DNA of 64,000 nt from Candidatus Abzuiibacterium crystallinum (GCA_002787155.1 PCVY01000068.1:2426-66425); one strand, 5' to 3'; positions 27,594 through 38,734 are shown, counted from the stretch's first letter. The notes: generated by a model from the letters alone, not told the origin. Translations and numbers: made by a program.

Positions 27594-28697
27594 ATGGCAC
27601 GAGTAACTTTGCAGGACGTCACTAAAATTTTTAGCGATTCCATTGTCGCAGTAAACCAAGTTAATTTAGAAATTAACGACAAAGAGTTTATGGTACTGGT
27701 CGGTCCCTCCGGCTGCGGAAAATCAACTACGCTGCGAATGGTGGCGGGTCTTGAAGAGATTTCAAAAGGAAAAATATTTATTGATGATGAATTTGTCAAC
27801 CACACACCTGCGAAAAATCGTGATATTGCGATGGTGTTTCAAAACTACGCGCTTTACCCGCACATGAATATTTATGAAAATATGGCATTTGGTTTAAAGT
27901 TAAGGCGGTTTCCAAAAAAAGAAATTGACCGGCGTGTTCATGAGGCAGCAGAGATTTTAGGTTTGTCTGATCGAATTAAACGAAAACCTAAAGAACTATC
28001 CGGCGGAGAGCGTCAACGCGTGGCGGTAGGCCGGGCGATTGTCCGGAAACCAAAAGTATTCTTGTTTGATGAACCGCTGAGCAATTTAGATGCCAAGCTA
28101 AGGGTTCAAATGCGTGCCGAAATTAAAAAATTACACAATCGGCTTCAATCTACCATGATTTATGTGACACATGATCAAGTGGAAGCGTTAACTTTAGGCG
28201 ATCGTATTGTGGTCATGAAGGATGGTCTGGTGCAGCAAGTGGACAGCCCGATTAGCTTGTATTCAACCCCAAAAAATAAATTCGTAGCAGGTTTTATCGG
28301 ATCACCGCCCATGAATTTCTTCACCGGCAGCATTGTCGCGCGTAACGGTGATTTATTTTTCCGCGACAAAGGTATCATGCTGAAAACGCTCAAACAGCAT
28401 CAGCCTGCATTGAAACGTTTTGTTGATCAGAATATTACTTTTGGGATTCGGCCGGAAGATATTTATGATAAACTTTTTGCGCAGGATGCGTCGGAAGAGT
28501 TCATGGTAACCGCAACCGTAGAATTGGTTGAGCCAATGGGTGCTGAAATTTTTATTTATTTCACGATTGGGCGGAATAACTTCATTGCTCGCGTGAGTAA
28601 TCAGGATACGGCGGTGGCTAACCAAGATGTGCAAGTTGTATTTGATATGTCAAAGGCACATTTTTTTGACGCAAAATCAGGCAACACAATTATTTGA
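27594..28697 (+). CDS. ABC transporter ATP-binding protein, MalK/UgpC/MsiK-type (sugar import ATPase with C-terminal TOBE/regulatory domain), no cognate permease adjacent
   Basis: Walker A GPSGCGKST, Q-loop, signature LSGGERQRVAVGRA, Walker B FLFDEPLSNLD, and a ~130-aa C-terminal MalK-like domain. Start reset to ATG 27594 (MARVTLQDV). Confidence 0.85.
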   Translation: MARVTLQDVTKIFSDSIVAVNQVNLEINDKEFMVLVGPSGCGKSTTLRMVAGLEEISKGKIFIDDEFVNHTPAKNRDIAMVFQNYALYPHMNIYENMAFGLKLRRFPKKEIDRRVHEAAEILGLSDRIKRKPKELSGGERQRVAVGRAIVRKPKVFLFDEPLSNLDAKLRVQMRAEIKKLHNRLQSTMIYVTHDQVEALTLGDRIVVMKDGLVQQVDSPISLYSTPKNKFVAGFIGSPPMNFFTGSIVARNGDLFFRDKGIMLKTLKQHQPALKRFVDQNITFGIRPEDIYDKLFAQDASEEFMVTATVELVEPMGAEIFIYFTIGRNNFIARVSNQDTAVANQDVQVVFDMSKAHFFDAKSGNTII

Positions 28698-28805
28698 GAG
28701 GTCGGGGAGTTAATCTTATCAATCCCCGCTGGCTCAATTATTTAACATGTGATGTTTGGATGTGTCAACCGATGGTAGTTTTTCATCTGACAGGCATCGA
28801 GGTAG

Positions 28806-30248
28806 ATGGCGACCATAACTGTTGATCGCGACCAATCCAAAAGAACCACCTGCATCGTTGCGGCGGCCAGCATCACCGTTTTATTAATCATTTTATCTTT
28901 CCTGGCATTACGTCAGATCCAGTCCAATCCTCTTCGAGCCTATAGCAGCCTAGCCATTTATGGGATGGCCTGTTTTATTCCGCTGACACTTGCTTGGGTG
29001 GCTTATAACAAAGTCGGGATGGGAATTTTTGCTATTCTTGACAGCATTGGCGCAGTCGTTCATTCGATTGTGGCGGGGCAGTTTCTATTTCTATTTTTTG
29101 TTGCGGCTTACTTTATTTATTTTCTCTATGTGAATTGGATTGAGAAAATCATTACAGATGAGCTCGTTATACGAGAAATTGAAATTGAAAAACAGAATTC
29201 AGATAAGAATGATCTAGAGATCTTGTATAAGGAAAAAGGTAAAAGCATTAGTGTTTTCTTTGAAAAATATTCGACCTACTACAACTTGAGGCGTTTGGCT
29301 GACGAATTTGCTACCAGTTTAGATTTAGCACGATTGGGTGATATCATTGCCGAGCGTTCCCTCGAGTTTGTTCAAAAAGGCGATGTTTGTCTTTTATCCT
29401 TAGCTGACCTCGAGAGAGACACGATTTCACTGGTGGCATCTCACAGCACTGATCCTTCTTTTCACACCAAAAAGAAATTAGGGGATGTCTTTGATTTTTG
29501 GGTTTTACGTAACCGTCAGCATTTACTTGTTTCGGATAATCAAAAGGATTTCAGGTTTGATCTGAAAAAAATGCAGCAAATCGATCATATGCGGAGCGTG
29601 ATCATATCTCCTTTGCTTCACGAAGGCCGCGTTGTCGGAACTTTGCGAATTAATGCAAGATTGCCTGAGATCTTTAGCACAGATCATCTTCGATTGCTTG
29701 ACGCCATTTCAACTTTGGCTTCCTCAGCCTTATCAAACGCGATGCTTTATCAGAAAACAGAAGAGCTAGCGATTCGAGATTCGCTGACACAGCTGTATGT
29801 GCAGCGTTATTTTAAACAGAGGCTCAAACAGGAACATCGCCGGGCATTACTGACCAATCAGCCTTTGTCGCTTTTAATATGCGACCTTGATTTCTTTAAG
29901 CAGATTAACGATAAGTACGGTCATGCGATTGGCGATATCGTTTTGGCGCAAACTGCGCAGGTTTTTCGTCGATTATGCGATCACGGAATTGTTGCGAGAT
30001 ATGGCGGGGAGGAGTTCACTATTTTACTTCCGCAATCGACTAAAACAGAAGCCAAACAGTTGGCAGAGCGAATTCGCCAACAAGTTGCCAAAGAACGTGT
30101 TGAGATCCGTCGTGATGTTATCCCTGTTACCACTTCAATCGGGGTCGCCACATTGCCGGATGACACGCTTGACCAGGAAGAGTTAATACGAATTGCAGAC
30201 GAACGACTTTACCAGGCTAAGGACGCAGGCAGGAACCGGGTATGCTGA
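28806..30248 (+). CDS. membrane-anchored GAF-GGDEF diguanylate cyclase
   Basis: 4 N-terminal TM helices, central GAF-like region, GGDEF domain with intact RYGGEEF active site and I-site-like RxxD. Confidence 0.85.
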   Translation: MATITVDRDQSKRTTCIVAAASITVLLIILSFLALRQIQSNPLRAYSSLAIYGMACFIPLTLAWVAYNKVGMGIFAILDSIGAVVHSIVAGQFLFLFFVAAYFIYFLYVNWIEKIITDELVIREIEIEKQNSDKNDLEILYKEKGKSISVFFEKYSTYYNLRRLADEFATSLDLARLGDIIAERSLEFVQKGDVCLLSLADLERDTISLVASHSTDPSFHTKKKLGDVFDFWVLRNRQHLLVSDNQKDFRFDLKKMQQIDHMRSVIISPLLHEGRVVGTLRINARLPEIFSTDHLRLLDAISTLASSALSNAMLYQKTEELAIRDSLTQLYVQRYFKQRLKQEHRRALLTNQPLSLLICDLDFFKQINDKYGHAIGDIVLAQTAQVFRRLCDHGIVARYGGEEFTILLPQSTKTEAKQLAERIRQQVAKERVEIRRDVIPVTTSIGVATLPDDTLDQEELIRIADERLYQAKDAGRNRVC

Positions 30249-31684
30249 AACGTATTTTCATCATATTGGTGTTTATCTTCTTTTCTCTTCCGCAGTTATA
30301 TTTTGATTCGATGCAGGGGTTTCAGCTGGTGATTCTCTCTGCAGGATTCTTAATCGGCTTGATTTATGCCGTTAGCAATCGCGATCTACCGTTAACGGTT
30401 TCCATCGGAATTTTATTTCTTTTGAATGTGCTGCGGCATTGGACTGTTTTAACAGCTGAGTCTTGCGCGGGTCTCCTTTTAGTTTTCATAAGCACCATTT
30501 TAATTTGGTTTTACTACTTTAGATCACGACAAGAATATTTAAGATCACGTTTGACTCAAAAAGAACAAGACGCGAGTGACATGAACATCCTAAATAAGAA
30601 ATACAAATCTCGCGTGGAAAGTCTTAATCACTTAGAACATCAAGTCGGTGGATTGCTAGAACTCTTTGAAGTGGCAAAAGATTTTAACGAATGTCTTTAT
30701 TTTGACCAGCTGATGAATATTCTATCAAAACGGGTCAGAGAGCAATTACCTTTCAGCGCTTTTGAATTATATTTATTTTCTCAAAATCCTGACAATGAAA
30801 ATGCGGTAACGAAAATCATTCGCATCGGAAAAGGCAAGCTTCAGCCTGAACTTCTTGAAACGGTTAGCGCGGAAGAAAATCAGTTTGCTATTAAAATAAA
30901 GAAGATGGGGAAGGCTTACCGATTTGATGCGCCACGTCCCGCGCTTCAATTAAAACCGCACGATCACCGCATCGCTTATCCGATGTGGGTGTTTCCGCTT
31001 CAAGTAGAAGACCGCGTGATCGCAGTCATTTCAGTTGAAGGTGCTGCCATTGACGATTTCCCCAAATTCGAATTATTAGCATCACAACTAGCTTTGCAAG
31101 TGAAGAAGGTTAGTTTGTATGAAACCGTCAAAGAGCTGTCGATCGTGGATGGGTTGACAAAAGTTTACGTGCGTCGGCATTTCTTGGAACGGTTCGAAGA
31201 AGAGTTGAGGCGCGCGATCAAACGAAAGAGCACCGTGAGCGTTTTAATGTTAGACATCGATCATTTCAAAAGATATAATGACCAATTCGGACACTTAGTG
31301 GGTGATGGAACGCTCCGCGAAGTAGCGGCGGTCATTCGTGAATGTGTTCGAAAAGTAGATTTAGTTTCGCGTTATGGCGGTGAAGAATTTGTTATCGCCA
31401 TGCCTGGAATTAGCAGGAATTTGAGCATTGAAATTGCTGAAAGAATTCGCTCTGCGATTGCTCGGAAACGGTTTCGTTTGTATGATGAACATACGCAAGT
31501 AACCGTTAGTATCGGAGCTGCTTCTTTTCCGGATGATTTAGACCGGTCTCATACAAAAAAATTTCAGAGTGATCTGATTGTGGAATTAATACGCAAAGCT
31601 GACAAAGCCATGTATCGTGCAAAAGAAGACGGGCGAAACCGTGTTTGTAGTTATCAGCAGATTGATAAAGGGGGAACAGAATGA
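30242..31684 (+). CDS. membrane-anchored GAF-GGDEF diguanylate cyclase (paralog of the preceding gene)
   Basis: Same architecture, RYGGEEF motif. C-terminal ...[12 protein letters not shown] mirrors the upstream ...[12 protein letters not shown]. 7-nt overlap ATGCTGA. Confidence 0.85.
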   Translation: MLKRIFIILVFIFFSLPQLYFDSMQGFQLVILSAGFLIGLIYAVSNRDLPLTVSIGILFLLNVLRHWTVLTAESCAGLLLVFISTILIWFYYFRSRQEYLRSRLTQKEQDASDMNILNKKYKSRVESLNHLEHQVGGLLELFEVAKDFNECLYFDQLMNILSKRVREQLPFSAFELYLFSQNPDNENAVTKIIRIGKGKLQPELLETVSAEENQFAIKIKKMGKAYRFDAPRPALQLKPHDHRIAYPMWVFPLQVEDRVIAVISVEGAAIDDFPKFELLASQLALQVKKVSLYETVKELSIVDGLTKVYVRRHFLERFEEELRRAIKRKSTVSVLMLDIDHFKRYNDQFGHLVGDGTLREVAAVIRECVRKVDLVSRYGGEEFVIAMPGISRNLSIEIAERIRSAIARKRFRLYDEHTQVTVSIGAASFPDDLDRSHTKKFQSDLIVELIRKADKAMYRAKEDGRNRVCSYQQIDKGGTE

Positions 31685-32337
31685 AATTCTTCATTGATAC
31701 AGCCAATCTTGACGAAATAAAAGAAGCGTCGTCTTGGGGTCTTGTCGATGGGGTTACCACAAACCCCTCGTTAGTTAGCAAGGAAAATATCAGTTTTCAT
31801 GATCTGATTTCTCAAATTTGCCACTTAGTTGATGGTCCTGTCAGTGCCGAAGTTGTCGGAACAATTTATCAGGACATGTATCGAGAAGCGCATATTTTGG
31901 CTGATATTCATACAAATGTGGTGGTAAAGATTCCATTGATACCCGAAGGTTTAAAAACGGTAAAGTTATTAACCAAAGAGGGAATCAAAACCAATGTTAC
32001 ACTGTGCTTTTCAGCGACGCAGGCTCTCTTAGCTGCAAAAGCGGGCGCTACCTATATTAGTCCGTTTGTGGGAAGATTGGATGACATCTCGGCAAATGGA
32101 ATGGATTTGATCCGCGACATCAGGCTTATTTATAACAATTACCAGTATCAAACACAGATTTTGACTGCGAGCGCGAGAGGCCCTCTCCATATATTGGAAG
32201 CAGCCAAAATTGGTTCTGATGTTGTGACAATGCCCTTTAAGGTGATGATGCAATTAGCAAAGCACCCCTTAACTGATATTGGCCTTGAAAAGTTTTTAAG
32301 TGATTGGCGAAAGACGCAAGAAAACCAACCAGCTTAA
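31681..32337 (+). CDS. tal: transaldolase (subfamily 3B) / fructose-6-phosphate aldolase
   Basis: [16 protein letters not shown]...GVTTNPSLV and Schiff-base Lys context VVVKIP. 218 aa fits the short Tal/FsaA class. Confidence 0.85.
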   Translation: MKFFIDTANLDEIKEASSWGLVDGVTTNPSLVSKENISFHDLISQICHLVDGPVSAEVVGTIYQDMYREAHILADIHTNVVVKIPLIPEGLKTVKLLTKEGIKTNVTLCFSATQALLAAKAGATYISPFVGRLDDISANGMDLIRDIRLIYNNYQYQTQILTASARGPLHILEAAKIGSDVVTMPFKVMMQLAKHPLTDIGLEKFLSDWRKTQENQPA

Positions 32338-32348
32338 GTAAAAATTGA

Positions 32349-34715
32349 ATGGGTTTTAGGGATACTAACTTGAATCACCATAGCAATTTGCTTACCTCCC
32401 AAGTTTGGAAATGTCATTTCCTATTCCGTCTCACCTTATTTATTTTATTTGTTAGCGGCTTGATTTGTCCGGAAGTCATCTTGGCTGCTGAGCAGCAAAG
32501 CGAGCAAGCGGCTGAAAGGCAAAATGCGGAAATTGCACCTGAAAAAGAAGAAGCGAAAGTTGAAGCAGTTGCCGATAACTTAGAATATGTGAAAGATGAG
32601 AAAAAAATCATAGGAAAAGGCAACGTGGTGGTAACGCAGGAAGATATTCGGCTGCTTGCTGATTATGCGGAAGTTTTTACTGAAACAAAAAAAACGTACG
32701 CAGAAGGCCATGTCTCATTACTTCAGAATAAGGCGCGAATTTATGGCGAGCAGGCATTTTATAATTTTTCGACTAATCAAGGGTCATTTCCAAACGGAAA
32801 TGTTTCATATGCACCTTTTTATATCAGCGGTGAACAAATCGAGCAGGTTTCAAAACAGCAAGTAGATGTTTACCAAGCAATTATTACCACATGCGCGTTG
32901 CCGCATCCCCATTATGATTTAAAAGCAGACCGCGTTGTCGTTTATCCCGGAGATAAGATGATTGCGCGCAACGTCAAATTTAGAATCCTGAATGTTCCAG
33001 TTTTTTGGTGGCCATATCTCGTGATTCCGCTCAATGAAGAAACGGGACCTTTTGAGATTAGTTTTGGACAATCAAAGTCTTTTGGAAATTATGTTTTGCT
33101 AGGAAAAACATTTTCGGTTGTACCGCCGGTTGACGGACGCGAAATAAAAACCAAGTTTCACGTGGACCATTACCACAAGCGCGGTACAGCTGTTGGGAAC
33201 GAAACTTGGTATCACCTGGATAAAATCGGAGATGGTAATATAAAATTATACAACATCAAAGATGCGCGGGCTCCCGATCCGTTTTTCTTTGAAGAAGACG
33301 AGGGGTGGCGAAAGAAAAAAAGATACCGTGTCACTTGGAAGCATCGGACTGATTTTGACGAGCGTACCAATTTAATTGCGCAATGGAACCAATTTAGCGA
33401 TCCGCATGTGCTTAGCAATTTCTTTGATGAAGAATTTGATGAAGAGCCAATCCCGCAATCATTTGTCACATTTACTCGGAATGCTAAAAATTACGGACTT
33501 TTGGTAGATATGCAAATTCAGGCAAATAATTTTGATAACGTTTTGGAGCGGTTGCCGGAAATCCGTTTTAATTTAAATAGTACCGAGATTGGAGAGACCG
33601 GGTTTTACTATGACAACAGCATTAGCTATCAGAATTTGCATCAAATCACCCATTCGCAAAGCAGAGATCCATCGGATGGAGAAGGAAAGCGCCGGCTGGT
33701 GTCGGAAATAAGGCAGTCATTATCCGAGGCGCAAACCAGTCATCAAATTAGTCGACCGATGCGGTTATTCCGGTACTATGATTTTACACCGCACATTAGT
33801 TCGCAATGGATTTATGACAATCGCAACCATCTCGGGAAGCGTCATGTCATGCGCAACATCATTGGCATGGGTGCAGAAGCGAGTACGCGATTTTATCGTT
33901 ATTGGGATGTGCCAAAAGGTTCGTTTTTAGGCGGTATTCAAGCGGATCGTGTAAGGCATGTCGCTCGACCGATTGTTGAATATTCGGCAATTCGCCAAAG
34001 CACGACCCGTCCGGCCAATATTCATCCATTGGGTACTAATTCGCCCGTATCAGATGTTGTCAAATTTGGAATTGAAAATCGCATTCAAACCAAGTCCGGC
34101 AAGAGACGTGTTGACATTGTTAGTTTAAACACCTACGTCTATTATACTTTTAACGACGGGAACCGCGATTCACGATGGACCACAGGCACCATACAACTTA
34201 TTTTGAGGCCGTATTCATGGCTCCAGTATAAGTCAGAATGGACGGTTGATTTAAAGAAACATCGAACAACAGCCACCACGACGGATTTGGTTTTACATAC
34301 CAAATATGTGGATCTTCAACTGAATCACAGGGCTGTTTTTGCACCAAAAGATTCATTAGCCTCTGATTTATTTTTTCAACGGGAAACCAACACAATCACG
34401 CTTGATGCTGTGGGCCGGTTTAACGATCGCTGGACTTTTGGAACTTATGTTCGGTGGGAAGTGAAACGAATGTCGTTTAGAGAATATGAATGGCGCGTCA
34501 CACGTGATCTGCACGATTGGATGCTGACATTTGGGCAGAATTTTAAACATTCGGCAATCAACTGGTTGGACAACGAATTCTTTTTTGAATTAACATTAAA
34601 AGCGTTTCCCAGCACCCCGTTTAATTCTGGAGAACGGGCAGAATTTCCGGATGCCCGCATTGGAGAAAGTGTTTCCGGTGCCAATGTAGCGCCTCCTCCA
34701 AATTCGTTGCTTTAA
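32349..34715 (+). CDS. lptD: LPS-assembly protein LptD (OstA N-terminal domain + large beta-barrel)
   Basis: Signal peptide. OstA_N/LptA-like jellyroll (ADNLEYVKDEKKIIGKGNVVVTQEDIRLLADYAEV...). ~600-aa beta-rich C-terminal region with alternating hydrophobic pattern. Confidence 0.7.
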   Translation: MGFRDTNLNHHSNLLTSQVWKCHFLFRLTLFILFVSGLICPEVILAAEQQSEQAAERQNAEIAPEKEEAKVEAVADNLEYVKDEKKIIGKGNVVVTQEDIRLLADYAEVFTETKKTYAEGHVSLLQNKARIYGEQAFYNFSTNQGSFPNGNVSYAPFYISGEQIEQVSKQQVDVYQAIITTCALPHPHYDLKADRVVVYPGDKMIARNVKFRILNVPVFWWPYLVIPLNEETGPFEISFGQSKSFGNYVLLGKTFSVVPPVDGREIKTKFHVDHYHKRGTAVGNETWYHLDKIGDGNIKLYNIKDARAPDPFFFEEDEGWRKKKRYRVTWKHRTDFDERTNLIAQWNQFSDPHVLSNFFDEEFDEEPIPQSFVTFTRNAKNYGLLVDMQIQANNFDNVLERLPEIRFNLNSTEIGETGFYYDNSISYQNLHQITHSQSRDPSDGEGKRRLVSEIRQSLSEAQTSHQISRPMRLFRYYDFTPHISSQWIYDNRNHLGKRHVMRNIIGMGAEASTRFYRYWDVPKGSFLGGIQADRVRHVARPIVEYSAIRQSTTRPANIHPLGTNSPVSDVVKFGIENRIQTKSGKRRVDIVSLNTYVYYTFNDGNRDSRWTTGTIQLILRPYSWLQYKSEWTVDLKKHRTTATTTDLVLHTKYVDLQLNHRAVFAPKDSLASDLFFQRETNTITLDAVGRFNDRWTFGTYVRWEVKRMSFREYEWRVTRDLHDWMLTFGQNFKHSAINWLDNEFFFELTLKAFPSTPFNSGERAEFPDARIGESVSGANVAPPPNSLL

Positions 34716-34767
34716 TACCTCTCCATGACTGATCAAACATGAACGGGTTAGAAAAGGAATATTCATT

Positions 34768-36078
34768 ATGCAAATAGGTATTATTGGTTCTGGACATGTA
34801 GGGCTCGTAACAGGTGCTTGCTTTGCCGATTTAGGTCATGATGTGCACTGCATTGACTCGGATGAAAAGAAAATTCGATTGCTCAAAAAAGGCGGCTGTC
34901 CCATCTATGAACCGGAGCTTCACGACCTCATTAAACGCAGTGTTCTGCAAAAAAGACTTCGCTTTAGCCATCGAATTCGGGACGCGGTCGAGAATTGTGA
35001 TATTTTGTTTATTTGCGTTGGAACACCCACGAAAGAAACGGGCGAGACTGATTTATCCGCGGTGACGCAAGTGGCTGAGCAGATTGCGCACCACATGAAG
35101 AAATATACGTTAATTGTTGAAAAAAGTACGGTCCCTGTTGAAACTTGTCTGCATATTAAAAAGGTTATTCAAAAAAAGCTCAAACGGAAAATTGCTTTTG
35201 ACGTTGCTTCAAATCCCGAATTCCTACGGGAAGGCAGTGCGGTCCAAGATTTTTTTGTCCCGGATCGGATCGTGATCGGGGTCGATAGCAAAAAGGCAGA
35301 AGAGTTGCTGCGGATTGTCTACAGGCCGTTTAGAGCGCCTATCTTAGTGACTGATCCAAAAAGCTCCGAAATTATTAAACATGCTTCTAATTCATTTTTA
35401 TCGACTAAGATTTCATTTATTAATGCCATCGCGCGCCTTTGTGATGCGGTTGGAGCTGATGTCGGCAAGGTGGCGGAAGGAATGGGTCTTGATCCTCGGA
35501 TTAACCGCAGTTTCTTGAACGCAGGGCTCGGTTTTGGGGGTTTTTGTTTCCCTAAAGATTTAGCGGCTTTTATTCATATCGCTGAAAAGAATGGGGTTGA
35601 GTTTAACTTGTTAAAAGATGTTTTAACAATTAATCATGAGCAGAAAATGTATTTTGTCCGATTGGTCGAGAAAATGCTGGGTTCCTTAAAAGGGAAGAAG
35701 CTGGCGGTGCTAGGATTGTCATTTAAGCCCAACACGGATGATATGCGGTTTGCACCTTCGCTCGATATCATCCCGGCGCTACAGAAAAGAGGTGCGCAGA
35801 TCTCAGCATATGATCCGGTTGCCATCGCTGAATCACGCACTTATTTTAAGCAAGTTAAATTCACCTCTTCTGTTTATGAAGCTTGCCGAAAAGTTGATGG
35901 CATTCTTATTTTGACTGAATGGCGGGAATTTCAAGAGATGGATTTGAATCGGATAAGAAAAATTGTCAAAAAACCCGTTATTATTGATGGGCGCAATATG
36001 TACGATCCTCAAGTGATGCGGAAAAATGGGTTCAAATATCAGGGTATTGGAAAAGGATTCAAGTCCATTAAGAGGTAA
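34768..36078 (+). CDS. ugd: UDP-glucose 6-dehydrogenase
   Basis: MQIGIIGSGHVGLVTGACFADLGHDVHCIDSDEKKI...YEPEL Rossmann N-terminus. Catalytic Cys in GFGGFCFPKD. Confidence 0.85.
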   Translation: MQIGIIGSGHVGLVTGACFADLGHDVHCIDSDEKKIRLLKKGGCPIYEPELHDLIKRSVLQKRLRFSHRIRDAVENCDILFICVGTPTKETGETDLSAVTQVAEQIAHHMKKYTLIVEKSTVPVETCLHIKKVIQKKLKRKIAFDVASNPEFLREGSAVQDFFVPDRIVIGVDSKKAEELLRIVYRPFRAPILVTDPKSSEIIKHASNSFLSTKISFINAIARLCDAVGADVGKVAEGMGLDPRINRSFLNAGLGFGGFCFPKDLAAFIHIAEKNGVEFNLLKDVLTINHEQKMYFVRLVEKMLGSLKGKKLAVLGLSFKPNTDDMRFAPSLDIIPALQKRGAQISAYDPVAIAESRTYFKQVKFTSSVYEACRKVDGILILTEWREFQEMDLNRIRKIVKKPVIIDGRNMYDPQVMRKNGFKYQGIGKGFKSIKR

Positions 36079-36079
36079 A

Positions 36080-36832
36080 ATGACCGAATCAATTAAAGGT
36101 ATTATTTTGGCAGGCGGTTTAGGATCGCGTCTGTATCCGCTTACCAAAGTCACCAACAAGCATTTGCTCCCCGTTTATAACAAGCCAATGATTTTTTATC
36201 CGTTGGAAGCGCTGGTGCAAGCAGGTATTCATGATGTCATGCTCGTGACTGGCGGAAACTCGGCAGGTGATTTTATGCGGCTTTTAGGCAACGGGCATGC
36301 CTATGGTTTAAGAAGTCTCAGTTATGCTTATCAAGAAGGGGAAGGCGGTATTGCGCATGCTTTATCATTGACACGGGAGTTTGCAGGCGATAGCAAGGTA
36401 GCTGTTATTTTAGGTGACAACATTATTGAAGAAAATATAAAACCGTTTGTTTCAAAGTTCAGAAAACAAAAAAAGGGGGCACGATTACTGCTTAAAGAAG
36501 TTGATGATGCGCAAAGATTTGGCGTTGCAGAAATTAGGGGGAAGAAAATTATCCGGATTGTAGAAAAACCAAAGAATCCTAAAAGCCGTTTTGCGGTAAC
36601 TGGTATTTATTTTTTTGATAATCAAGTATACAAAATTACTCGAAATCTCAGACCTTCCGGGCGCGGTGAATTAGAAATCACGGATGTTAACAACAGTTAT
36701 ATTAAACAAGGTGCTTTAGAATTTGATGTTTTAAGGAAAAGCTGGACGGATGCCGGAACGTTTGAATCTCTATATCGCGCTAATCAGTTAGCACGAGCAC
36801 TGTCTTATCCTAGTCAGGCAAAACGTTCATGA
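36080..36832 (+). CDS. sugar-1-phosphate nucleotidyltransferase, short-form RmlA-like (glucose-1-phosphate thymidylyl/uridylyltransferase)
   Basis: GIILAGGLGSRLYPLTKVTNKHLLPVYNKPMIFYPLEAL signature. Start reset to ATG 36080, 1 nt after the ugd stop. Confidence 0.75.
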   Translation: MTESIKGIILAGGLGSRLYPLTKVTNKHLLPVYNKPMIFYPLEALVQAGIHDVMLVTGGNSAGDFMRLLGNGHAYGLRSLSYAYQEGEGGIAHALSLTREFAGDSKVAVILGDNIIEENIKPFVSKFRKQKKGARLLLKEVDDAQRFGVAEIRGKKIIRIVEKPKNPKSRFAVTGIYFFDNQVYKITRNLRPSGRGELEITDVNNSYIKQGALEFDVLRKSWTDAGTFESLYRANQLARALSYPSQAKRS

Positions 36833-37809
36833 GCAGGTTTCTTGTTACCGGCGGTGCCGGTTTTATCGGTTCTAACTTTATCCGGCACCTTCTTGCCAAA
36901 GATCCGGACTGCTTCGTCATTAACCTCGATAAACTCACCTATGCAGGCAATTTGGCGAATCTAGAGAGTGTTAGTCAAAATCCTCGTTATCAATTTGTTC
37001 GCGGCGATGTCTGCGATACCTCCTTGGTTAGAAGGTTGATGGGGCAGGTTGACTGGGTTGTTCATTTTGCCTCAGAAACACACGTTGATCGTTCCATTGA
37101 TAGTGCCGAAGACTTTATTGAAACGAACATACGCGGCACTCAGGTTTTGCTTGATGCAGCCCGAGAGCAGTGCCACATTCACCGCTTCATTCATTTTTCA
37201 ACGGATGAGGTCTATGGGTCTACTGTCTCAGGAGAGTTCAGTGAAACATCCCGTTTTAATCCAAGCAGTCCTTATGCGGCCTCGAAAGCTGCCGGAGATC
37301 TTTTGGTGCAGGCGTATGTTAAAACTCACCGCACACCAGCTATTATTTTGCGAGGCTGTAATAATTTTGGTCCATACCAATATCCAGAGAAAGTAATACC
37401 GCTTTTTATTACCAATTTAATCGAAAATAAAAAAATACCTGTTTATGGCAATGGTGAAAATAGCCGGGAATGGATGTATGTAGAAGAAACTTGCCGTGCT
37501 ATATTATTCGTTTGTGATAAAGGGCAAATTGGGCAGGTTTATAACGTTGGGTCAGGGGATGAAATACGAAATATAGATTTGGCACGAAAACTTCTTAGCC
37601 TGCTCAAGAAAGACGAGACCAGCATTGCCTTTGTGAAAGACAGGCTGGGGCATGACTGGCGCTACAAATTAAACTCAAATAAATTGCGAAATTTAGGATT
37701 TGAGGTTTCCGGCAAATTTGACGTTCATTTAAGGGAGACGGTCGATTGGTATTTAGCCCAGAAGTCATGGTGGGGATCACTTAAAAAAGATGTTTACACG
37801 ATCAAATAA
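36829..37809 (+). CDS. rmlB: dTDP-glucose 4,6-dehydratase
   Basis: [14 protein letters not shown]...DKLTYAGNL, YSASKAAGD (YxxxK), NNFGPYQYPEKVIPLFI are canonical RmlB blocks. Confidence 0.9.
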   Translation: MSRFLVTGGAGFIGSNFIRHLLAKDPDCFVINLDKLTYAGNLANLESVSQNPRYQFVRGDVCDTSLVRRLMGQVDWVVHFASETHVDRSIDSAEDFIETNIRGTQVLLDAAREQCHIHRFIHFSTDEVYGSTVSGEFSETSRFNPSSPYAASKAAGDLLVQAYVKTHRTPAIILRGCNNFGPYQYPEKVIPLFITNLIENKKIPVYGNGENSREWMYVEETCRAILFVCDKGQIGQVYNVGSGDEIRNIDLARKLLSLLKKDETSIAFVKDRLGHDWRYKLNSNKLRNLGFEVSGKFDVHLRETVDWYLAQKSWWGSLKKDVYTIK

Positions 37810-38734
37810 GAAACCAAAAATACTGGTAACAGGATCAAGTGGCATGCTTGGTTCTGCTGTTATCACTGCTTTGCAAAAAGAATTTGATCCATACGGGATG
37901 GTACGGAGCGATGATCGAAGGTCGCATTATTTTCAATGCGATATCACGCAGCGCTCGGAAACCATTAAGCACATCGAACGCGTGAATCCGCAAGCGGTTA
38001 TCCATTGCGCGGCTATGACGGATGTGGATGCGTGCGAACATGACCGGCAAAGAGCATTGCAGGTTAATTTTGAGGGAACAAAAAATGTGGTTGACGGCAG
38101 CCGGCACGTCAATGCTTTGATGATTTATATTAGCACCGATTTTGTTTTTAACGGAGAAAGTCGCGAAGCATACCGCGAATCTAGTATCCCGCATCCGATT
38201 AATGTTTATGGGGAATCTAAATTAATGGGCGAGTTTTATGTGCGGGACCAAAGTACCAAGCATCTCATTTTAAGGACGTCCTGGTTATTTGGTGAAAATG
38301 GAAATAATTTTATGGTAAAAGTACTGGAACGCGCAAAGAGAGGTGAGAAATTATTTATTGTGCATGATCAAGTCGGCACCCCCACATATGCCTCTGATTT
38401 AGCCGGCGCTATCAAGCACGTGCTTACTTATAACCAGGATGGTGATAAAAAGGAAGGGTTGAATGCGGTTTACCATGCGACCAACCGCGGTACAGCTTCC
38501 CGATATGATATTGCAAAAACATTGTTAAAAATGTGTGATTTGACACAAGTTGAAATTCAGCCAATTGATTCAACTGAATTAACTAACTTAGCTAAAAGAC
38601 CACAGAATTCCGCATTGAACAATTCCCGATTCGAGCAAACTTTCCGACTCGCGTTCAGATCGTGGCAGGAAGCTTTGCAAGAGTATGTGATTAGGCTCGG
38701 ATATAAGCATGCCAAAACATTCCATAACACCTGA
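37790..38734 (+). CDS. rmlD: dTDP-4-dehydrorhamnose reductase
   Basis: KILVTGSSGMLGSAV, YGESKLMGE, TSWLFGENGNNFMVKVL pattern of RmlD. No rmlC found in the window. Confidence 0.8.
   Translation: MFTRSNKKPKILVTGSSGMLGSAVITALQKEFDPYGMVRSDDRRSHYFQCDITQRSETIKHIERVNPQAVIHCAAMTDVDACEHDRQRALQVNFEGTKNVVDGSRHVNALMIYISTDFVFNGESREAYRESSIPHPINVYGESKLMGEFYVRDQSTKHLILRTSWLFGENGNNFMVKVLERAKRGEKLFIVHDQVGTPTYASDLAGAIKHVLTYNQDGDKKEGLNAVYHATNRGTASRYDIAKTLLKMCDLTQVEIQPIDSTELTNLAKRPQNSALNNSRFEQTFRLAFRSWQEALQEYVIRLGYKHAKTFHNT

Noticed and set aside
28703-28728. CGGGGA-(14-nt loop)-TCCCCG hairpin after the MalK-like gene
   Set aside because: No T-tract follows, so it is a weak intrinsic terminator at best.
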